Below, one piece after another: positions 1-60,183 of a stretch of DNA of 64,000 nt. Position 1 is the stretch's first letter. Every line of letters starts with the position of its first letter. Position numbers and translations under genes: made by a program. This DNA comes from Octopus sinensis (Eukaryota), in the NCBI RefSeq assembly GCF_006345805.1, contig NC_043003.1, positions 92,814,001-92,878,000 on the forward strand, written 5' to 3'. A model generated the notes under the pieces. That model was not told the DNA's origin. It did no database searches and worked only from the letters and a program-made list of their open reading frames with translations.

Positions 1-959
1 CAAAACTTGTTGCAGTATTGTTTTATGTACAAGCACAAAGTCTGAAATATTGCGGGAAGGAAGCTAGTCAGTACAGCGATTCCACCACTTGATTGATAAC
101 GTTACATTTGTTGTTTGGGGTTGGTAAAACGAAATTATATTTCGTTGGCTGCGTGAATAATAACAAAAGCAAAACCTACGAACATTTAACTGAAATATTT
201 ATTTATCATGAAATATTTATTTAACAGACACAAGAGTATTTGTTGTTGGCCATTTACAATTAACAATATTAATAATTACGTTGTGGGAGAGAGACAATCG
301 CTCTGAAATTACAGAACGCTATCTGTGTGGTAATATGCAGTCGGGTCAAAATATACGAATTACACGGTGCAAATCTCCGTGGCAACAGAGGTCCTTAGCT
401 GCCTGTCTTAGGCCGTCTGCGTTGGCCTTCTGTAAAAATGTCTGGAACCCTTAGATGGCAAGAGTAGAGGAAAATATCGCTCAACCGCCTTTCAACACTC
501 TGCAAAGACTTCAGGCACCAAAACTGCTTTTTATAGGGTACAAGAACAGTCTAGAAAACAACATTTTCACGCTGATTGGTTGCTTAAGAGACCGATCACG
601 TGAAACTATAGAGGTTCGCTCGTGGTATCCGACCGGTTAACTAGAGGTTAGGTTTCGAATCTCAACGTCAATGCTTTATTTCATTGCCTCTACCACCCAC
701 TGGAGATGAAAGGCAAGGTTGACTTCAATTAGATCTGAACTCAGAATGTAAAGAGCCGGAAAAAATACAGCAAAGCATTTTCCCAGCACTCTGGCGATTT
801 TACCCGCTCACTGCCTTTGTCGAAGCATATTATGAACTGATCTTGTTGATTGCAAGGAGCCCTAATGAAAGTCATGATACAGGAGTAACTCTCATCTAGC
901 CGAGTTTATTGCCAGCATCGGAACTAGTTTTTGGTTAGGATTGTGCAAATACACTTTCG

Positions 960-1130
960 CACATTACTCTGTCAAACAACACGGCCCAGGACAGGATTGT
1001 CGAATTGTTTCTCGACATCGAAAAGGAAGTTCTTGATCAAGTAAGAGCTGCTCCTGTGTTTGCCATTCAACTGTATGAAACCATTGATATCGCCCAGAGC
1101 TCGAAGCTAATAATCTTTGTTCGTTTCAGG
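960..1130 (+). mobile_element. hAT (Buster/Charlie, ZBED5-like) transposase fragment
   Basis: Translates as ITLSNNTAQDRIVELFLDIEKEVLDQVRAAPVFAIQLYETIDIAQSSKLIIFVRF, matching the LSNNT..RRI..FALQLDESTD..QL..FVR motif. Confidence 0.8.
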
Positions 1131-1147
1131 CAATTGTCCAACTGGTA

Positions 1148-1454
1148 CACCGTCTGTTACGACGACTAGGGTTCCAGCTGATTCGACCAACGGAACAGCC
1201 TACTCGTAAAATTAACGTGCAAGTGGCTCAGCGATCCACAGACACGCCTACATTTAACATAGTCTCGGACAGATTCAGTGTGACACAGAATGTGACCAGG
1301 CTGGCCCTTGGAAATATAGGAAATTTTGCCAGCTGAGTGGACTGGATCAACGAGAAATAAAGTGCTCATGGACACAAAGTGCCACCAGGTATCAAACCGA
1401 CGACCTTACGAGTGTGAGCTGAATACCCCTAACCACTAAGCCACGTGCCTTCAC
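1148..1454 (-). mobile_element. tRNA-derived CORE-type SINE (family C)
   Basis: tRNA-like head (gcacgtggcttagtggttaggg..) on minus strand; similar to the 14810 copy; sits between the two hAT fragments. Confidence 0.7.
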
Positions 1455-1604
1455 TAGACAATAATCATAAAGCTGAAAGACAATTTTGTAATTCCGTAGA
1501 CCGTTTTGCAAATTTTTCAGGCAGCTACAATTCTTTTTCAGGAAAATTAGTTTGCATGTGACTCGTTTGTAGAGGTCTGTACAGTCGAAAATACACTCTT
1601 CATT

Positions 1605-1830
1605 CTTCATGGTGAAGCACTTGCACCCAGAACTCTTCCTGATGAATTATATGTCGTGAATATTAAACTGGTCAACTTTATTAAAGTTGTATCCTGAAGA
1701 AACAATCATCTCTTTCAAAAATTGTGTAAAGACATGGAATGTGAGCGTCAAACACTGCGTTTTAACACAAGCATACGAAGTTAATATGCTTAGACAAATG
1801 TATCAAAAATGAAAAGCGGTGGCAACATTC
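1605..1830 (+). mobile_element. hAT (Buster/Charlie) transposase fragment, continuation
   Basis: LHGEALAPRTLP..KLVNFIK..LFQKLCKDME resembles IHREALASK.LP..VKIVNFIK..LF..LC.EM; contains stops and frameshifts. Confidence 0.7.
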
Positions 1831-2149
1831 CTAGATGATAAGATAATTATAACAACAACAACAACAGCATGAGGTCTCGCAGGTCAGATAAAATTCATTG
1901 GATCAGAATCTCCACGGCTGGATGCGCATCCTGCCCCCAACACTCACCTGTTTCCAAGTAGAAAATATTTAACTTGGTCTTTCAAACACGAACGGCACAA
2001 TGGCCAGTGATAATTTCACCAATGAACAACAGCAACATTTGTATGAGGCTGACATCCGTTTACAATAAGCGTGCTAAGTCAAGACAAGGAAGCAGGAACA
2101 CACACACCAAAGCACACATACACTCATATATACACATACATGCATACAA

Positions 2150-2640
2150 AGTGCATTCCAGAAATTTTCAGATTTTTTTCAGGGGAAAAGTAGATTACTT
2201 TAATCTCCTTCGGAATAAAATCCTCTGATTTCAATACTCTTCTTATAGCGCTCCAGTCACTCCGTGACAGCTCCGTCGAAGCCTTCCAAAGTGAAGATGT
2301 CCAGGACCCTTGTCACAACCTCTTTCATCTTCAAAACAACTGCCTCTGAGGTTCTCCTTCAGCCTGGGGGACAATTAAAAGTCACAGGGAGCAAGGTCTG
2401 GGCTGTAGGAAGATTGAGGGACAGTTTTGATGCCTTACTCTGTCAAATAGTTGGTTACACAGATACTCGTCATTTAGGACCTAGTAAACAAACTTTGCAT
2501 AGATTTTTGCACATGTTCAAATCTTCAGGAGTAATTCTGTGTACTGTTACCACACCGACTCCAGGCTGTATGCTAATTGTTCTTTATAGGCATATGACAA
2601 TCTTCATTCAGAAAATTGCGAATTTTTTCAACCAGTTCTG
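2150..2640 (-). mobile_element. mariner transposase C-terminal remnant
   Basis: Minus strand encodes QSSYSPDLAPCDF*..RLKENLRG (YSPDLAPxD motif). The + strand ORF 2264-2641 is its antisense artefact. Confidence 0.8.
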
Positions 2641-2650
2641 ATATTCTGAC

Positions 2651-2726
<76 letters not shown>

Positions 2727-2793
2727 TTCTCCTACACCTCTCATAATTTCCTCTCTACCGTCCTTAAACCTCTTGTGCCAGCAAAAATACATA

Positions 2794-3270
<477 letters not shown>

Positions 3271-4069
3271 TATGTATGTGTATGTTTGTATGTATGTGTA
3301 TATGTACATATATAAATAGTATAGGACAGAATATAACGTGAAGTGATTTACCTAGAACATATTTACTCGTGCTTCAGTGACAATTACATCATGATATTGT
3401 AAAATCAATTTTGTGTTATTTTTTTAAAAATTAGCTGTTCCTTCAAGACACTATTTATCCTTACTCTATGACCATTATAGCATAAACACCTGTAACATTA
3501 AGTTATCCGCATAATAACACCATTTCTCAATCCTACCATCGTCATGTATTTTGGAGTGCAATAGAATTGCTGGATTTCTAACTCATTGATTATATGCCGT
3601 ACCTTTAATAGCACACACACACACACATACACATACATGCATGCACACACTCACAAATATACACATACACGTACATATACACATACGCGCACGCTCATAG
3701 ATTCCTAGCGGTTTGCGACGTGGCAGTACTTGTTTGACCGACTGAGCTATCTACTTACCGAAATAAAGTGGATGTGGGGAGTATTCCTCTGACACGTGTA
3801 CTCTTAACAACAAGGGAGACAAGATTGACTTCTAAATTACTGGTATAATCCATCCGACGGACTTCCGAACAGTTTCCGTCTACCTGACTTAACTCACAAA
3901 GATTGGATTGGCTCGAGACCATGGTAAAAAAACATTAACAATGCAACACGTGGTAGACATACTCCAAAAATCCTTAAGTATTTTAAAAACATTTTATTTT
4001 CTGGTAAAACCTTAATGCGATTGATTGATAATTAGTCGAGAGATAAATCGGTAGGTTTTTTTTTCTGTT

Positions 4070-5770
4070 CTAAGAATTCTTGTACGGTTGTTTAATTGAT
4101 TGATTTACAAAATTATCGATTTGTTGACTTGTTGGTTAGCTGATTGGTTTACTGATTATTCATTTATTGGCTTGTTTAATTGTTTGTTTTACTAATCGAT
4201 CGGTTCACCGGCTTGTTGGTTAATTGGTTCGTTCACTTATTGGTCGATTGACACTCGATTGACTTACTGATTGATCGATTTATCGGCTTGTTGTCTAATT
4301 GATTAGTTTACTGGTTGATCGATATATCGGCTTATTGGTTAATTGATTGGCTTACAGATTGGTCGGTATATCGGCTTATTGGTTGGTTACTGCCTATGGG
4401 ATTGGTCATGGTCTGTATCACCAAAAATTAGTCAAAATAATAGTTCCAAGAATATCAATGTTTGACTACTTTACTGCAACCAAACTTATAGCTATTTTAC
4501 GAAGTGCTATCTGATATTTTGATCCCTTAATTTTCAACAGAGAATTGAAGACGAAAGAGTTGTTAACCTTGTTAAACTTTTCACAACTGATCTTATCGAT
4601 TATCTTCGAAGTCTTCTTTACTTCATTTGTTGCCTGATTGTTTGGTTTGATAGTTGATTGGTCGTATGGTTAACTGCTTAATGTGTTGCTTTAGCGATAT
4701 CTGGGACGGCTAGTTGGTTGGTTGGTAGATATTTTTGATGATGAATTAGTTTAGTAATTGGTCGATGTATTTGACTGTCTGGTTGATTGGTTGGCTGGGG
4801 GCATGGATGTTTGATTAGTATATTGACTGGTACATATTTTGGTAGGTTGTCTGGTTTATTCGCACATAGTTGTGTTGGTTGGTACATTGGTTAGTCAATT
4901 GGCTGGTTAGTTCATTGACTATTACACGTGTCGGTTAGTTCATTAGATGATACAGTTGTTTGGTTGATTGTCCGTTTGTTTCGTTGGTTAGCTGGTTGAT
5001 TGATCGGCTGTTTGGCTGGTTGGTTGATTGCCTGGATGGGTGATTGGTTGGTTGGTTGATTGGCTGGTTGGTTGATTGGTTGGTTGTTATATAGGTTGGT
5101 GGTTGATTGGTTAGTTGATCGGCTCGTTGCTTAGTTCGTTCACTGGTACATATTTTGATTGTTTGTCTGATTAGTTCATTAAATATATTTGTTGGCTGGT
5201 TACGCGGTGCTTATGCATTGGTTAGTTGGTTGATTGGTTCGTTCATTGACTAGTAGATATTTTGGTTGGTTCATTGGATGTTACATTCGCTGGTTGGCTG
5301 GCGTGTACATTGGTTGATTGGTAGATTGATCCATTGATTGGTTGGTCGGTCAGTTTGTTTGAGTGCCACATACTTTGTTTGGTTGACCGGTTGGCCCATT
5401 GAATATTAACATTTGAGGGTTCGTTGCCTTGTACATTGGTTGACTGGTTCTCTAATTGGCTAGCTAGTTCATTAGATGATACCTATTTTGAGTTCGTATC
5501 TAACAGGTTCATTAACTGGCATATAAATCAATTGGTTGCTTGGTTGATAATTTGGTACATTCCCTAGTTAGTTCGTTGGCTAGTAATATTCTGATTGGTT
5601 ATTTGATTATATAATAGGTTGGGACATAAGCAAGTTGAATGGTGGGTCGGTTAGTTTGTTGATTGGTTAATTAGTTGGCTTTTTAACTCATTGGCTTGTT
5701 GATCTGCTAATTCTTTGATTGGTTCATATACTGGTTTGTTGATTGGCCGATTGTTTAGCTCATTGACAGA
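4070..5770. repeat. Degenerate (TGGT/TGAT)n tetranucleotide satellite with a unique island at about 4405-4640
   Basis: About 1.7 kb dominated by ttgg/ttga units. Confidence 0.85.
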
Positions 5771-5778
5771 TACATATA

Positions 5779-5820
5779 TTACTTATTGAATGATTCTCTG
5801 AATACGCTTCTGAACGTGTC
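5779..5820 (-). CDS. ADA2: Putative ADA2 terminal exon 10 (DTFRSVFRESFNK*)
   Basis: Good acceptor tattttttctaattgtccag|GAC, phase 0 matching the exon-9 donor. 13 codons then TAA, in a short unique island between repeats. No homology support. Confidence 0.5.
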   Translation of the reverse strand, partial: DTFRSVFRESFNK

Positions 5821-5842
5821 CTGGACAATTAGAAAAAATATA

Positions 5843-6364
5843 CCGTAAATCCTCGAGTATAGTCCGCCCTAGAGTATAATACACAGGGGATTTTTAGGGG
5901 GCTGTACTTCTGAAAAACCTAAACCTTGTGTATAATACGCACCCCTTCTCTAACTTGAGTCGTGCGTAATTAAGCCAGCAGCACCTAGTCGAACAAACAC
6001 TTCCGCGCATGCGTAATACAATAATGGTGATGTTCTTAACTGTTATATGGGAATGTAAATATGTTTGCAAATTGTTTTTGTTACATGTTATTCTGTGTTC
6101 TGAATACTTTTATTTTAATAAATGTTGCTTACTGCAAGTTATGGATGATTCTTTTATGACTTCATTGCTTTTAGGCTTAGCTTAAGGTATTTTCGCACCC
6201 GACATCACAAAATGCATCTGAATAAACATTGCCAGACTGCAAATAGAGTCTCGGACATTGCTTAGAAAATATTTTTCATTTTTAACCTCGTATATAGTAC
6301 ACACTAGGAATTTTGACGTTTAAATTTTGGGAAAAAAATGCGGATTATACTCGAGGATTCACGG
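5843..6364. mobile_element. Tc1/mariner-pogo type MITE
   Basis: TIRs CCGTAAATCCTCGAGTATA / TATACTCGAGGATTCACGG flanked by TA at 5841-5842 and 6365-6366. Confidence 0.9.
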
Positions 6365-6609
6365 TATGTAAATTAACCATTGGATTGCTGATAGCATATT
6401 ACTTTCTTACATAAACACAAAGACTTGCATTTACTGGAGTTCAGCACTTGTAGTATAATTTATTAAATTCGGAAGAGAGAACGAATGGGGTTTGACATTA
6501 GATCGAAAAGACATTTTCACCGACACTACCAATTCTGGAAATTTGTTGTCCTTGATAGTTAACGTATTGGATATATATTAGAATTATACAAACGCAATAA
6601 AAAAGTGAG

Positions 6610-7250
6610 ATAAAAGTGAGAAAAAAGAAGGAATAAGAGAGGGGAAAGAAGGAGGGACAGGAAAAGAAGAGAGGGTAGAGAGAATGGAGAGGAAAGAGGA
6701 GAGAGGGAAAAGATGAGGAGAGGGAAGAGAAAGATGGTAGCGAGGGGTAGAGAGGGAAGAGATAGAGGAAAGGGAAGAGAGAGAAGGAAAGTGAAAGGGT
6801 AAGAGGGACGGGGTCAGAGAAGAAGAGCGAGGGAAAGAAAGAGGGAGGAAAAGAGAATGTGAGAAAGAGTGATAGAGAGAGGGAGGGAGGGAAAGAGAGA
6901 TAGAAGAAAAGAGAGAGAAAGGGAAAGAAAGAGAAAGAGTGAGAGAGAGAGAAGAGAGAGAGAGAAGAAAGTGAAAGGGTAAGAGGGACGGGGTCAGAGA
7001 AGAAGAGCGAGGGAAAGAAAGAGAGAGAAAGGGAAAGAAAGAGAAGAGTGAGAGAGAGAGAATGAGAGAGAGAAGAAAGTGAAAGGGTAAGAGGGACGGG
7101 GTCAGAGAAGAAGAGCGAGGGAAAGAAAGAGACAGGAAAGAAAGAGGGAGGAAAGAGAGATAGAAGAAAAGAGAGAGAAAGGGAAAGAAAGAGAAAGAGT
7201 GAGAGAGAGAAGGAGAGAGAGAGAGAAGGAGAGAGAGAGAGAGAGAGAGA
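6610..7250. repeat. Polypurine GA-rich tract with three copies of a ~55-bp unit
   Basis: gaaagtgaaagggtaagagggacggggtcagagaagaagagcgaggg recurs near 6787, 6967 and 7075. Confidence 0.9.
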
Positions 7251-7275
7251 TATTTAAAACATTCATATAGAATAC

Positions 7276-54628
<47,353 letters not shown>

Positions 54629-57001
54629 ATTTGTAAATTTATGAAGAAACACAACTACAAAAACTACGATTAAAACCTATATAAAAACAATGATATCTAT
54701 GAAATCTTAATTTTTAACGTTCCGTTTGACGACACTGAATTTACTCAATGAAAGAATTCTTAGTTTCCTTGGATTCTGCTGTACGAATGTATGTAATAGT
54801 GACAATACTACACAAATTCATAAACAAACGCTGCTACGAATTCTGCTGATGTCATTAGTCGTTGCTAAGAATTCATGTTAAGTTAACTTACATCTAAACC
54901 AGAATTTGTTTTCTATTTTTCTAAAGCTATCTTTTTTTCCCAAATATTCACTGTATGATGTGAAAAATATTGAACTTAAAAATATTAAGTTTCTGTTCCA
55001 ACTCTCTCCAAGTAGTTAATATCTCCCTGTTAAGAATGTTTGTCAACTGGCATTATATATATATAAATCAAGCACTGCTTAGAAATTTATCTCTCTGCTG
55101 CCAATAATAGCTAAGAAATCGTAAAACAATGATACTAGTCCTTTAAGTCTACAAGCAACAGTAAATGTTTTTATGAGTACTTAACAACGAAGCTAGAAGA
55201 GAAATGGTCGAGAATATATTGGGCAGTAAAATAATTTATTCTGACCCCCACTGCAGCAGATGTTTAGGTTTGTCTAGACAGCACACAACTCAACGTGACT
55301 TTGTTTGAACAAAGAGAACCCGCTCATGGTCGCCCGACCTGTTTGAAGTAACAAATAAATGCCCTTGAAAATGACATCTGTCGTACAGGTTAGCTACGAC
55401 TAGAATGTTTTTTAATTATATATTTGCTCAATTAGAGATCATTTGGTAGGGGTCAAACAACTAGCTCATCTTGAGCCAGTGTGGGAGCTTGTATGCAAGG
55501 GAGAACCTTTTTTGAACAGAGCAAACTGCAAGTACATAAAAACGCTTCGTCGTAAAAAAATATTAAATCGTTAATTTTACAAATTTTTAGATATGTGACA
55601 TTAAGTATCTGCTTTGGTCTTATTAGGCCAGTAGCATTTTTTGTTATCCACGATTTAAGGAACTTATTCAGCAAAGCCGTTCACATTTGAATGCAGCTTC
55701 GTTCTTCACTGCCATTCTGCATGGTTATTCAATCAGTTTTAGCATAGCAGCAAAATCTTACTCAAATCGCACCGTAACCTTTAAAAAAAATGAAGGGTAT
55801 TTTTATTTATTTATTATTATTAGAATACCTGTCTCGTGAGACAAGTGTATATACGTAAAAATCTACCGGAAAAGTGTACAGAATTGGTGGTGGCGCAAAA
55901 GTGTAAAAAATGAAGTCTTTTGTACGAAAATTTCTTTTCTCAGACGGAAACAACCATCCGATGTCTTGCTCTTTTTCTTCTCTATGAAGTATTGCTAGCT
56001 ATTTCGAAAGTTCGCCAATCAGAGTTTACGACCATCTCACGAGACAGGTGTAATAGTATATATTTACTAAATGAAGGGCACATTCGATAACCTAATCTTG
56101 GATATAGTACGTTTTAAGAAAAAGATGTGTTAGATGTCATTGGAACCATTTGATCAGATATTCTGCTTTATTGACCTGTGGCTAAAACTACATTATCGGC
56201 TTAATTAATTCAATTGGAGAATATTGACTATTTTCATGTAGAAGTTTTATATGATGGGAAACTATCGTTTTACCCAGAGGCACTTTGTTCTCATTCGTTT
56301 AACCACGAGTACCTGGAGCAGGTCATTCTGGATAATCGGATTACTTTTCCAAACTTTAACTGATTCTTTTACTTATATGCACACCACCGTTTTCTCTTTC
56401 GACTATTGAATAAAAGGAATTCTAAAGTTTAGTAATTTTTAAGACAACAACTAAGATTTTTGGCCTATTATCGCAACTGAGGGATGTTGTTCAATGTATC
56501 AATTTAAACAATGATGAATATAAATAAACCTTACTAAACATAGACACACATAGAGGTATACACATGCGCAAATGAAGACACATACAATAAAAATACAAAG
56601 TACAAAATGGCTGACCGTTAGCAAGGAGAGACACACAAATAAGAAAGAAGAAAGCAAAGGACCTCTGATGCGGTCACAGGAGTGTGACGAAAGAACTCTG
56701 GCCGAAATAAGATTAAAATTAATGTAAAAAATAAATAACGCTGAAGCAAAGTAACACCATATATATAGTGCGTGTGTTTTTATTGGCTAAACTGGCAAAA
56801 TGACCATTCATAAATACAACAATATAAATAAACCATTCTTCTGAAAATATAAGGCTGACTATCATTGTCAAAATAAGCATCAAATTTTGTCTTTAAATGT
56901 TTAGAAGACATTAACGGTAAGTTGTAAAATTTATAGATTTTATTTCTCAAGACTAGATATTAGTTATAGGTGCCGGCATAGTTGTGTGGTTAAGCAGCTT
57001 A

Positions 57002-57453
57002 GGATCGTTTTGGTTTGAACGGCATTTTTAAAAAATAATTTCCACGTAACTAAACACTTTTAAACTTCGTATACTGGTAGAATGTGTTTATAAAACATCT
57101 TTTTCTCTTGGCTTTATTGAGAAAATTCTATAGTTTGTAAGATATTTGTTGTTTTTTTTCTTCAATTTCTGCAATTTCAACCAATCAACGACGTATATTG
57201 TGGTAAAAAACATTTTGGGCCGTATGAATATGTCCCTCGTTTAAGAAACAGATTGGGTTTATTTATATTTGTGAAGAAAAAAAGATACCCTTCCCCCCAC
57301 CCCTAACCCTAACTAACCCTAACTCTAACCCTAACTCTAACCCCAACCCTAAAACAGAATGAAATGCAATAGATCGATACTAGGGTCATAATTGTGGGTG
57401 ACAATTTCATACGACACCGCTAGAAAAAACTGCCGTTCAAACCGAAAAGATCC
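57002..57453. mobile_element. MITE with GG..CC termini, 8-bp TSD and internal (CCCTAA)n-like tract, nested in a SINE-A head
   Basis: TIR GGATCGTTTTGGTTTGAACGGCA / TGCCGTTCAAACCGAAAAGATCC; TSD GCAGCTTA at 56994-57001 and 57454-57461. Confidence 0.88.
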
Positions 57454-59954
57454 GCAGCTTACTTCGCAACAACACAGTTTTGGGTTCAAATAAACTGCGT
57501 GACACTTTGTGTTGCACCATAGCATCCGGTCGACCAAAGTCTAATGCGTGAAATTTGTTGGACAGAGGCTATGTGAAAATCCATTGGAAGGATAGTTTCT
57601 GTTTTGTTTTTGTGGTGGGTTTAACCGGTCGCTTGGTTTAACATCTCCACATGCCGTTTGGTAGCCTTTAGCAGAGTCCACTCTAGTGTAAACTTTCGAG
57701 CCAAATCTCCGACTTGAGGGCAACTTCCTACCTTTATCTCATCTGTCTAGAAGGTACTGAAAAGAGATTATGGGTGCTGTCCTTTCTTTGATTAAATCAT
57801 GTAAAAGAAGAGCTGTAAAGTAACTGAAATCGAACAAAAATAGGGGATAGCGATAATCAAAACACATTTCAACGATATTAATAATACAAATAAGTTGGGT
57901 TCGTTTTCATACACAAGAAAACGAACATGATTTTCAATATAGATCTATTCGAAATGTAAAATTTAAATTCAAAATAAGTTTGCTTTTTGTAATAATTTTA
58001 ACATATGTAAAATAATTAATATGCTTTAATACAATTCTGGTTATAATAATCTTAATCAATAGAAATATCGAGATGATAGCTATAGTAAATACGAAGAATT
58101 TGTCGTCAGATCTAACAATCTTAGACAATTTCTCTGGGCAAATCCTCCGACTAAATCAGGTTATCTATTCATTAAAGAACACGGAGAAAACAAAGGCGAA
58201 AACAAATATTTCAGTCATTTGCAGAAAATAACCTATATAAGCAGATTTATATGGGGTAGGTTTATTTTCCATACGATTACGGTGCATCAAATACGGTCAG
58301 TTAGTGCGATAAAGTCAGCGCTGGTATAAAGTTGTTAGTTTATAAATTTTAATTACGTAAAATTACATTGTTCATGAAATAAATCCAATGCCATTTTAAT
58401 TGTATATTTAGGAGCAATTTTCTTTATTAGATTACACACAATTCACTGCGGCCTTCCAATATGCACTTGGCTAAAACAAATTAGCATTGTTATCGCTGTC
58501 TTACTCAATACAAGACAGCCACTTCATAGATGTATGTATGTATGTTTAATGTCGTTTAAAGAAATGGACGGTCACATTATCTGTATGTTTTTGTTGTAGG
58601 CAAAGGTAGAACACGTTTAAGGAAGGGTGAGGCCACTTGTGTTTGCTGTTACGTTTACAGAAAGGGGAGTTGCCAATCTAGTTACCGCACTGGGTGGTCG
58701 AAACTCCCGCTATGTTACCTATTTCTTTATTACCCACAAGGGGCTAAACACAGAGGGGACAAACAAGGACAGACATAGGTATTAAGTCGATTACATCGAC
58801 CCCAGTGCGTAACTGGTACTTAATTTATCGACCCCGAAAGGATGAAAGGCAAAGTCCGATCCAACATTCCTTTCCATGGAGTATTTTCTTTATTCCTATA
58901 TCAAACATGATTTAATCAAACGCTGTTTTTTTTTTTCGATTTTGTAATCAAGCGAAGCATGAACGATTCTTTCTTTTTCGTTTTCGTTTTCGCACTTGAG
59001 CATCGTCTAGCACCAGCTTGTTAATTATGCCGTGACAAATCACTCCAGGTATCTCTAACAATTCGTTACGCATCACTGTGAAAATGTTTGTAAATTTCCT
59101 GAAGATATGTAATGGAGATCTGTCAATATATATTTTTATTTGTACCTCTGGTTAGAATTACCAAAGCAAGTGACTGGAAGAATTGCCAAAGCGTTGGAAT
59201 AAGACGCCTTACGGCATTTGCTCATACTCTCAAATCCTATAAAGTCAACTTCACTGCTCATCCTTGATGTGGTGGTGGTGGTGGTGGTGGTAGTAGTGGT
59301 GGTGGTGGTGGTAGTAGTGGTGGTTGGACAAAGTGCATTGTAGTTTTTGTCTGGATACTCCATGTTCTAAGTTCGTATGTGACGACACGGGTACCAAGTG
59401 ACCATCGGTCCTTACCTTTGAGAACACATGTCTATTGTCTGATCTTTCCTATCGAGCCATTTTACACTATATTCTTCACAATGGGGTATGCCGACAATGT
59501 TCGACATGGTGACGGGTACACTGACAATGTCCGACATGATGATGGAGTGCGCTGGAAAAAAAAAGATTGACAATCTCTGCTGTACAAGATGAGTCAACGA
59601 GAGAGCATCTTACGTAATCGTTTAACCGGCTAAATCGTTAAATTACACCTTATCTTTTTCAAAAGTGATACTCTAGATAATGTAGCATTCGATGCACACG
59701 GCGCAAACACACACACATACCAAAAATTCTTAAAGTAAATTGAAACAAGGTAAAAAATAACTAAACCACGGAGAGTCCATTTACAAACAAATATGCTTTA
59801 TTTTTATATTGCTTTACAATTCTTGCTTTGTAGCTGTTTTAAGTTGCCAGCGCCTTCATTACCGGTTAAAAATGGATACATAGCATACCTAGATAAGTAA
59901 AGAAGAAAAAAGGAAGTTAGTGCAAGAAGCTACTTGTATAAGGAATCAGTATAT

Positions 59955-60183
59955 ATTTCTTTACTGCCCACAAGGGCTAAACATAGAGGGGACAAACAAA
60001 AACAGACAAAGGGATTAAGTCGATTACATCGACCCCAGTGCGAAACTGGTACTTAATTTATCAACCCCGAAAGGATGAAAGGCAAAGTTGACCTCGGCGG
60101 AATTTGAACTCAGAACGTAACGGCAGACAAAATACCGCTAAGCATTTCGCCCGGCGTGCTAACGTTTCTACCAGCTCGCCGCC
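59955..60183 (-). mobile_element. SINE family B full-length copy
   Basis: Reverse complement of ggcggcgagctggtagaaacgttagcacgccgggcg..gggcagtaaagaaata. Confidence 0.88.

Noticed and set aside
59136-59363. Minus-strand ORF upstream of ADA2 as a 5' exon
   Set aside because: Built around an (ACC/ACT)n repeat, with no convincing splice pair or homology.
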